DNA of 47,808 nucleotides, from the NCBI GenBank assembly GCA_965153455.1, contig OZ234493.1, positions 6,262,001-6,309,808 of the forward strand, in the 5' to 3' direction. The position numbers were made by a program, and so were the translations under genes. Shown here piece by piece: positions 12,601-22,509 of this stretch. Each line of letters opens with the position of its first letter. Position 1 is the stretch's first letter. Below the pieces are notes generated by a model. The model searched no databases. It was not told the DNA's origin and saw only the letters and a program-made list of their open reading frames with translations. Source of the stretch: Sphagnum compactum. Taxonomy: Eukaryota.

Positions 12601-14107
12601 AGGGGGATGAAAAGTTCAAAATGAGCTTGCTAATACTTGCAAGCACACTGCAGCAACAAGAAAGGCGATAAGCACATTGCAACAAAAAAGATTGCAAGCA
12701 CACTTGTCAAAATGTTGATGAGGATGAATAGCAGATGCTTTGCGCTACCTGCAAACACAAATCAAGTATTTACTCAAGTTTGAAGGAAGAAGTGAACTGA
12801 AAATGAAGCACAAGAGCAAAGGGATGAGAAGGAATAAATGATGACAATTACATAGATGAAGTCTTACAAGCAAGATTGCTTCAAAATCTTTAATAGTCAA
12901 CTATAAGACTAGAAGCATGAAAAGCAAGTGAGACCGAACATCACTAGAGTGAGGTAGGAGCAATTGGGCAAAAACTAAAGACACCTCCAACTAATTAGGA
13001 TTTTAGGTTTATCAAATTATCCCATAATCATAGATTAATATAGTATTTTGAACTTTTGATCTCAAATGTTGGTGTAAAATGGATCATTTTGCACATAAAA
13101 ATGAATTATTTTTCTGGCATCAGTTCCCATTGTTCATCAATATTTATTTTGTTTGGAAAGATTTTTTAATAGTCAAAAGAGGTCCCCTACTTTGGTGCTG
13201 CATATCTTCCTTGGTTCTTGACCAAACTGGATGATTCAATGGTCCTAGGTGCACAAGAGACGGGGAACAAATTCAAATAGATGCCAAACTTTTCAAATGC
13301 ATCACTGATGCCAAAATAAATAAATTTGTAAATGCTATAATTCAGTTCAGTGAGAAAAGAATCATAGCTATGAGAACTAACATGATAAAAAGATTGCATA
13401 ATGACAAAACAACTCAAGTTCAATATAAGTGTCTCCACCTTTAAAATGGCATGAAAAGACTGCCATGAATCACTAAGGAATTACAATAAGATGAACTTTC
13501 TAAACTTTAAATGTAATTTCATCTTCAAGTTGCCATTCAAAAGACTAATCCTTCCTATTCAAATGAATCAAAGCACCCAAATTTCATGAAAAATTTGAAC
13601 ATAGTGCTTTGGTAGAGCTGATCCAGAATGATTTAAACCTTATAAGGTGACAAGTGGATCCACACCCAAAAGGAAGATGAACACAGAAAAGAAAGAGGAA
13701 GAAAAAGTAAAAGCAAAAGAACAAACCCAAACAAGAAAAGAGGCAGGAGTGAGAGAAACAAAATGGCAAACCTTATGGCATGGTCTTTAGAGGATAAAGT
13801 GGGATTTGAAAAGCTACCCACTGAAATAAGAAGCCCTTGAAATAATCATTTTGAAGATTCAAAAGGTGAAAACACCAAACAGAACGATGTTGAATAAACT
13901 ATGCTACAGATGATGTAAGCAAGGAGCAGCTGATGTTAACCTGTATCTTGACTTCATCATAGAGAAGCCCGACAATTATTGCCTAACAACAAGGAGCCTG
14001 TGGTTGGAAGAATGGCCTGCAGGATTTCTTACCAGTATTGGACACTAATGGCACTGTCAATATCAAACGTGGTCTGTGGAATATGTTAGCATAAGCTGTT
14101 GGTACTT

Positions 14108-17100
14108 TCATGGCAACTTCACAACAACCTCCTTACGGTCTGCTCCATATGCCTGGCATACATCACATGTATCAACAATTTCCTTGTCAAGCAAGACCAG
14201 ACCAGTACGGGATGGTGACACATAAGGTATTACTGAAAGACTAACAAACATGGAAACTGCCATCTGGTGCAACAGCTCTGGTCAACACACAGGTTTGACC
14301 TTTCTGACTGTGTCAGGGTGACCAGTCAAATGACCTTTCTCAATGGAAAGCATTATTGACTTGTGGTCAAATGCAAAATATGCACATGTGCAATGTGCAA
14401 CATCTCAAAAGCTCCTAAAAGAATGAAAGAATTGTGTTTGCAGACAGGTGCAACTACTCCCGTTACATGACCCTCAGTTAGAAGGCCAAAATATTGGAGA
14501 GGGACAACATGGTTGCTGTACTGTGCATATGACAGCGTAGGCCAAGCTCACTTACACATTGAACCCTAAAAACCAGGGTAAAGGCTAAAGTGTGAACAGT
14601 ATTGGTCATTGTAATCTTGCAGACAGTCATTGGAGAACCTGGACACAATCTAACTTCTACTACTGGTAAACATCAGTGTTGAAAACAACGACAGTCTGGG
14701 AGGAAACAGGATTCATGACTCCTTTTGTGAGGTGATGCAAATGAAAGACTGAGTGGTCCAGCTTAGATAACTGCCAGGTCCTGCTACTTTCAGACATTAT
14801 CCATAATTTGGCACCTATAGTGAGCTACGAGAGCAGTGATGTGACCAAAAAGTACCTCAGCACCATAACCTTTCACCCAGATGTGAGAGAACAACTCTGA
14901 TGTATCCGGTTGTGGGCTCTCCTGCATAAAGCACATAGATATCCAAGCCATTATTCAATTCTGCAGTGGTGATGTTGAGTGAGGGTAATAATTTGATGCA
15001 GCTTCAAGAAAGTTAGCAGGACCATCTCAAAGCCTGCATAAGTCTAAACATGAAGTCCCCTTATCACAAAGGTCTCAACTTTAGCTCCCTCAGCAACATT
15101 GTGCCTTGAAAAAGAAATGGATCTGGGAGACCAACCTTGGCTTTGGCAAGAGCCTCATCGACTTCACTCTTGGCTTCCTTTTCCAGTGTCTGCACCCCCA
15201 AAAATATCACCCTGTGTTACAGTCCTGCAATGCCCTTTCCCCCAGAACGACTCACTGGTTCCATGATTTCCCCTCAATTAGTAGTGAAACTTGTCCTCAA
15301 ATGCAGCAGTAGGGTGGCAACAATACCAGTAGAGCAGATCAGAGGGTTAATCTACCTTGAGGTCTGCAACACTGGCAATCTCAAGTGATAGCAACAGTTT
15401 CCTGATTCTCTCGATAGGATCACGCTCCTGTTCCACAGAGCACAATTGTGTCATTATAGTGTTTCCCTCCAGCTCCATGAGGAGAGGAAACTAGCTGCTT
15501 AGCCCAATGCAATTAAGCGAAGTAATATTTGTCTCTAATAGAACCTGCTCATAGCTCATCCAGGCAGTGAAGAAAGATGATTGCAAACCTGCCGGACACC
15601 AGAAATCTCATCACGGGTGCGGTAGGTGCTGCCAGGATCAGACATCGAATGACCATGGTAACGATATGTATCAAACTCCAGCACCTTCAATACCAATACT
15701 TGTTAATGAACAAAAATAGTGCAACTTAAAACAACTTCAAATTGCCTTAAATCTAAACAAATAAATGCAAATTCAAATTGGAGTCTGAACAATGAGGGTA
15801 GATGAAGACGGAGCTTACAAAAGGTCCATTCTTGAGAGCATACTCTTTAGCATACTTCACAGCTTGCTTTACAGCCAAGCAGTCCATGCCATCCACCTGA
15901 GTTATCCACCCACAGAATAACAAAGAAACTTAGTCCTTCAAACCTATGCTCAATACCATAGCACTGCAATGACATGAAAGCTGCAGGGAATAAGAGGCAA
16001 TTCTATGCAATATATTGCAACACAAGGACTTAAATGAGGTAGGGTATTACCTTCATCCCAGGAACATAGTCACCACGTTTATAGTATTCAGGGCTCTTAG
16101 CTGACCGCCACTCAGCCGTTCCCATACCATCTGAAGTCACACAAGCATATTCCAACTTTCAGGGTCAGAAGATCTTGCCCTTGAAGCAGATGGAGTTCTT
16201 GGTGAACCTGGCTCACAAAGTTACTAGTGGAGAGTTAGAAAATCAGAACAAGCTCCCCAACCTTTAATATGACAGTTCTTGCAATGAGCATCCTTTTCAA
16301 ACTGGAATCAGAAGATGACATGAGCTTTCTGCTCCAAACTGTGTTTTATGGTTTCTTCTAATTTCAACAATAAGCAGAAATTTTCAGGGAGGGAGTGCAC
16401 AAAGGTTGAGATATAAATGTGTAATACCAGAATAATGAAATACTACAGCCATAAACACACAGGGAATTAGAGATCCAATTCATGAAAAAGAATGGCCAAC
16501 ACCTTAGGGTTTGGACTATGGTACTGAACAGAGAGCTCAAAACAAGTAGATTTCAATTCAATTGAGAGCTCCCAGGATATGGAGTAAAGGGACATGGCCC
16601 AGATACTGACTGCCCTGCCAAACTTGTACACCTTAGTTTAAGCCATGGTGAATGTGGATTGAGACAAAGGAAACTGCTGCTGTAAGTCAATGCACAATGG
16701 GTGGCAATCATTGTGCAACCTGTGACAGATCTAGATGACCTGCTGGACGAGGCAAGTTGGACAGTTGAATAGAACATACTACAGCTGAAAAAATTGGAAA
16801 GCGATCTAGAAGGTTGGACAAGAAAGATCCAAATTCAGATGACTGCTGACTCTAGGGTTTTATGCATGGAAGATTTTCCTTCTTGTTGGAGCATTCCATA
16901 GAGAACCAAGGGGATCTGGATTAGAAATCCATACTTACAATGATTGTTTTCACACACAAAGATGACAGGTAAGCTCCACAGCGCGGCAATATTCATGGCT
17001 TCGAAAAGCTGGCCCTGATTGGCAGCACCGTCTCCATACATTGTCAGGGTGACGCCGTCCACCTTCAAGTACTTTTGAGCGAATGCAAGGCCTGCACCCA

Positions 17101-17677
17101 ACGGCGTTTGCGCACCGACGATGCCATTACCTCCAAAGAATCCTCCTTTCTTGTTATACATGTGCATGGATCCGCCTTTCCCAAGAGAGCAACCATCCTT
17201 ACGACCCATCAGCTCGGCAAAAACCTCCAAAAGCGTCCCTCCTCTGCCCAAATGGATGCAGTGATCCCTGTAGGCCGTGATAATACAGTCCTTTTGGTTC
17301 AACGACGCCTCCATCCCCACGCACACAGCCTCCTGGCCGTCGTAGAGATGACAAAACCCACGAATGAATTTCGACTTGTAGAGGGAGTCCGCCGCGATCT
17401 CCATGCGCCGCATGGTGAACATGGTTTTGAAGAAACTCAAAAGCTCCTGCGCCGATGTCTCCACAGAAAGCGATGGCGCATCACACTTGTGCGCTTTGAA
17501 GGGCACAGGCACATCCACCGTCAACGCATCGGCCGCGAAACCCGCTCTCTGCTGCTGCTGCTGTCGCGGGATGATGGAATCTGATAGTGGAATCAGCGAA
17601 GAAGAAGCGGAAGAGGAAGAAACAATTGCCGACAAACGAAGCAAGTTACGAGTACGATGACATAACTGCTGCGCCAT
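14108..17677 (-). CDS. PDHA1: Mitochondrial pyruvate dehydrogenase E1 component subunit alpha (409 aa)
   Basis: Exons (minus): 17677-16939, 16130-16051, 15896-15819, 15684-15589, 15427-15356, 15189-15136, 14921-14856, 14152-14108 (TGA). All introns GT-AG; total 1230 nt in frame. Motifs [15 protein letters not shown]-binding GDGAANQGQ...ENNHY, phospho-loop [20 protein letters not shown]-rich N-terminal presequence. Confidence 0.97.
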
Positions 17678-17700
17678 GGCCGCCAAATCCCGCAACCTTC

Positions 17701-17812
17701 AAACCCTAGGCAACAGCAAGCGGAACAGCAATGCGTTGCAAACAACACAGGAAACAAATCGAAAGCGAAGAAGAAGCGAGAAACACAGCCAAACGAGGGA
17801 AGACGAAGCCCA
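17701..17812 (-). promoter_or_regulatory. Telo-box (AAACCCTA, 17701-17708) and site-II-like motif (TGGGCT on minus, 17807-17812) upstream of the PDH E1-alpha start
   Basis: Motif matches only; telo-box and site II are known plant promoter motifs of housekeeping and mitochondrial-protein genes. Confidence 0.4.
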
Positions 17813-18615
17813 AAATCCAGGGCCTATCACCAAGTCCAGGTGGCCAAAATCAGCAGGTCCAGGTCCCAAAACACGGAACTGTTTCCTCTTATGCTACACA
17901 CAGAGTGGGGTCTCTATGATTTTACCATTGTTGCCACTGTAGTGATGGTTAACCCAAGGCCACTTTGGTTACATCACAAAATTGATCAAAAAAACCAAAC
18001 ACTCTATTTAAAAAAACCCATTTAATGGCCATATTAAGCCCCAAAAATTTAGATTTGGACTCGAGGACCCTGCTTTAGCTTGCGAAGAAGATTATATTTA
18101 CAAATTTTATAAGTAATTTAAATGGGTTCTGGGGTTTTTACCATGATCCCAATGTGCGGTCAATTCGCCCTGGCCTGTGTGAAGAAGGCCAACTTAGGTA
18201 GTCTAGATAAGTAGCTAGTTTAAATAGGTAGGTAACTCGAGTAAGTGGATACATAGGTGGACAGGTATGTAGGTGTAGCCTAGTTAGTTTAGATTAGTGT
18301 GGCATGTGCCCTTGGCCCAAGTGTTACCAAGTCGTCAACTGATTTTTCCTTCGGCAACCTGGTTTTTTGGAATTTATTGGAATTTTCTCTGTAGTAGAAA
18401 TCACTTAAAAATCAATATCTCCCACATTCTGAATCCAGATCTTACAAAATAAAATTCCATTAAATCCTGCTCATCAAGATCTTTCCAAAAACACCAAAGG
18501 CACATTCGAATTCCTCTGAAATTTTCAGCTACGATTTAATTTAATAGGTTTGATAGGTAGGTAGCCTAAATGGGTAAGTATGTTGGTGGGTTGATAACAT
18601 AAGTAGTTAAATAAA

Positions 18616-18946
18616 GAATTTTTTTAAATTCACACCTTTTTTGGTTAAATTCACACCCTTCGCGCGTCTGATTTTATGCAGATTAAACTTTAAGAGTATG
18701 TTCCTTTATCAGTTCAATTACTTCTGCGGGCAAGAAGTTCTCGAGTTGTGCCCTGATTGACCACAGACCCCACACTTGCATCCTTCCACGTATTCAAAGT
18801 GAGACTTGTCTCTGGTCATGCTTGTCTTGTTCTTAGAGCCTAGGGGCGGGGTGGGGCAGACACACTCAAATTTAATTTGCATATAATCGGACGCGCGAAG
18901 AAAGGGTGTGAATTTAACCAAAAAAGGTGTGAATTTAAAATTTTCC
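18616..18946 (-). mobile_element. MULE/Mutator-like internally deleted element (331 bp) with ~75-bp TIRs and zinc-knuckle remnant
   Basis: TTTTAAATTCACACCTTTTTTGGTTAAATTCACACCCTT..CGCGCGTCTGATT at left is inverted at about 18870-18946. Flanks TAAATAAA / AAAATAAA (7/8). Interior encodes GSKNKTSMTRDKSHFEYVEGCKCGVCGQSGHNSRTSC (CX2CX4HX5C). Confidence 0.7.
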
Positions 18947-20406
18947 AAAATAAATAACCTAAAATGAATCTATAAATAGGTCAGTAGCTGAGGCCAATAT
19001 GTAGGCACTCTTGGAACATATGTATACCTTATATCTTATACCTACCACATAAGGCACTCTTGGAAAAGTTTTAGTGTATTTGGAGAAAATTTGACACACA
19101 TGGATTGTAGTTGGCACACCATTGAGAGTAGGGCTACCCTTCAAGAGCTTCTTGTTTGTGGTTGCTCGTTATACAAAAATTGTGAGTTGCCCAGCATGAT
19201 AGATGCTCTAAGCTACTCTATGCAACACTAATGTGAAAGTCAATGAGAAGTTTTGTTGCTTAATGTTTTCATCATTTTAATTTCTCTTTTGAAGCATAAT
19301 GTAGGCTCAATCAACAAGCCATTGGCACAAGCTTAGTAGCCAAAGGTTGGCATGGCTTTCAATCTACACCCAATGGGTTTGATCCTAGAACCTTTTTTTG
19401 AGGTCCCAAGGTCTTAGACATGGGCTACACCACTAAATCATAACCATTGTTACTTTTTGAAAATTTTCGTCAAAAATGTGAAAAATAAAAATTATAAGGA
19501 AGGAATATTATGTCACAATTTTCCCTTTTTTAAAATTTCCAAATTTTGTGAAAAAAATTGGAATTTTTTTTGCCACATTTGGACCCTGCCTTTAGTTTTG
19601 TAGTAGTTTAAAAACTAGTTTTTGTATTGTTTAGACTATTGTTTTTGTTTGGTTGACAAAATTTTGCTAAATTTTGACCTGAAAAAAATGATTTTGACCT
19701 CTATAAGGGATTTTTCATTGATAAAATGGCCCAAATTCACCAGATTTCAAAGAAAAAATAATTCAAATCACCAGATTTTTATCATAAGTTCCAGTAGTTA
19801 GCCAAGAATATTAAACTTTCAGTGATGACAATTCTTCAGTTCTCATCCAAATCTCTCGTTTTTCATTAAAAAATTCAACTTGAAATTCTCTACAAGTCAC
19901 AGAATTGGATTTTCAAAATTTCATGACTTTTAAGCACATTTATGAAAGTTAGTCCATTTTTTGGATTGGGATTGTTTTGGTCAATTGTCAAAAGTTAAAG
20001 AGTAACTTGCACTTGGTAACTGAAAGAGGATTTAGGTCAAATATTGAACGACACCTCTTTAGGTCTTCAAACTTTCCATTCCATTTCTTCCATCTTTAAA
20101 TGTCTTCCAATAAAGTTTCACAAGGTTCACACAAAAGTTTTGTCACATTTTGAAAATCATAGATGTTTTTAAGTTGTCACATAATTCTAAATGTTGCAAA
20201 TTATTTCTCAATAGAGGTGTCTTGAGGGCCTAACATTTGAAGGTGTTTTGCATGAACAATAAAGTACTTGAGACAAAACATGTGAGAACCATGAGCCATG
20301 ATTGGATGTATAAATCATTTACATAATTTCTATTCTTAAAGCATTTCCACTCACATTCTCAATGTGGGCCACAATAGTGTTTGTCACATTCAAACTATAA
20401 ACAAAA

Positions 20407-21367
20407 CTAGTTTGAACCCTGTGCCTAATGCACAGGTGTGTTATTTCAACAATGTTTGGTTCATGTTTTAGTTTTTTTTTAAAACTTTTATCTTTTTTAT
20501 TTTTTTATTTTTATGTGTTTTCTGTTTTTATTATTATTTTGTATAATAAAAAGAAAGTGTTTCTTTTTCACTTTTGTATTTTTGTTTATTTGGATGCAAG
20601 TTTGAAGTTTGGAGAAAGAAGACACACCTCATTCTTTTTCAAGTAGGGTTTTTCTTCATTATTATAAGTTTTATTTTTTCTTATTTTCTACTCTTTATTT
20701 GGTTTCTTCTTTTTTGTAATTTTTTTCTTTTAAAATGATTTTACTGTATTTCCCTTTCCTTGTTTCATTTGTTTCCATTCCTTTTTTATAGTTTTTGTGT
20801 TTTTACTTTTTTTTTGTTTATGTTTGTTTCATGTTTTAATTTTTTCTATTTTTATTTTGTCTATCTTCATTTTTTTCTATTTTTATGCGTTTATTTATTT
20901 ATTTATTTTCTATTTTCTTTTCCAAAAAAAATTATAGTTTTTCTAATATGTTTTACAATAAAAATAATTAAAAAAACTTTTTTTAATTGTTGTTTGATTA
21001 GATGCAGGTTTGAAGTTTGGAAAAAGAAGACAAACCTCATTTTTTTTTCAAGTATGGTTTCTTTTCTCTATCTTTCGCTCTCTGTTTCGTTTCTTATTTT
21101 TTGTCATCTATTTTTTAATTTTCTTTTAAGATTATTTTACTGTATTTCCCTTTTTTTGTTTCATGTTTAAGTGTTTACAAAAAGTTTCTAATTGTTAAAG
21201 TGTTTTTCTGTTTTTATTTTTTTTCTAGTTTTTTCCCTTTTTAAAAAATATATTTGTTCTGTTTGGATGGATGACGGAACGGACGACGGGATGGATGACG
21301 GACGAATGGATGAAAAGCTTCATTTCATCCCGAAGCTTCACGACCAGGACGTCCTTTACTATATAGA
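20407..21367 (-). mobile_element. Non-autonomous Helitron on minus strand (~960 bp) with internal direct duplication
   Basis: Minus-strand 5' TCTATATAGTAAAGG with CATCC/CGTCC microsatellite. 3' hairpin CCTGTGCATTAGGCACAGG then GTTCAAACTAG|T. Internal repeat 20593-20770 vs 21001-21170. The base before the 5' TC is T rather than A. Confidence 0.72.
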
Positions 21368-22509
21368 ATGTCCTTCAACTTCTCACCCATAACCAAGAAA
21401 AGGTAGACAATATAAAGTGAGAAACAATTCAAATATCACCATGTGGGTCAATCATTACGGTCGGTCAGTCAAAACTAACAAACAATTGTTCTAAGTCCCT
21501 TATTTTGAGAATGCCCCCACCTTAGGGCTTTACCTTACACATAATTTGAGGTAGACTCCTTTCCTCCCCCCCCCCCCCCAAATAATATTACTACCTCACT
21601 AAGCTATTGCCCAAGTCTCTACATTGAGGGGGTTTTACCTTGTTCTTAAAAATTGATAGATCATAGGGTGCAGGAGGGGAGGGACATTATGGCTACTCCT
21701 TTAAGAGTGGGAGACATCTTACACCTAAAAGTAGGCATAAGATCCTTCTCACTCTTAAGGTAGACCTAATATCCCTTCTCTTTTCATCTGCTGGAGGGAT
21801 ATTAATGGATATAAGGTGCCCTCTGAATACACCAGGAACTTTCTTAGAGTGCTTTACATGCAGGATAAAGCTCGATGCAGGGGACTTTACTGAATTAAGG
21901 GACCCCAAGGCAGGAGCTGAGGCGTCCCTGAGTTCGGTAAAATCCGCAGTCTGTAGACTTAACCCAACATACAGACCAAAAGATTTATTTATTTTTCACT
22001 TTTACAAAATGTGGGTGCAGTTCATTAGTCCCTGTTCAGTGACTAGTGAATTCATTCGTTTCGATTTCACTAGTTTTTTTGCAATAGGTACTGTTTGTGT
22101 GCGACTAATGAATTAATTCACTCAAAATCCAATGAAAGCACTCGGATGAGAATAGGGATGCATTTTGCATTTTGTTATACTGTAAGGTGCCTTTTAACTA
22201 CACTAAAATTTTTGGACCAGGTCTTTAGGAAACCTGAAAAGCTGCATTTAAATAGTGGTGATTCAAAATGCGGAATCCTTTGCAAAAAATGTCAGACACA
22301 CTGATTTTTTACTGATAAGTGCTGGTGGAAAAAACTTACCTGTGATCAAAACCAAATGGGTTTCAAGACTGAAAGGAAACCTATTAGCAGCAACAAATAC
22401 ATCGCCAGAAAAGCTTGGCATGCAAGAGAAAGTAATACTACTGAAGTTGAATGGTACATTTCCTAGAAAGCTTTGCACACGAGGAAGTAATACTATTGAA
22501 GTTGGGGAC

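Noticed and set aside
16835-16938. C-terminal part of the 286-aa ORF and its TTG start at 17695
   Set aside because: The tail is intron 1 read-through after the GT donor at 16938; the real start is ATG 17677.
20428-21392. Phe/Leu-rich membrane-protein-like ORFs
   Set aside because: T-rich low-complexity Helitron interior.
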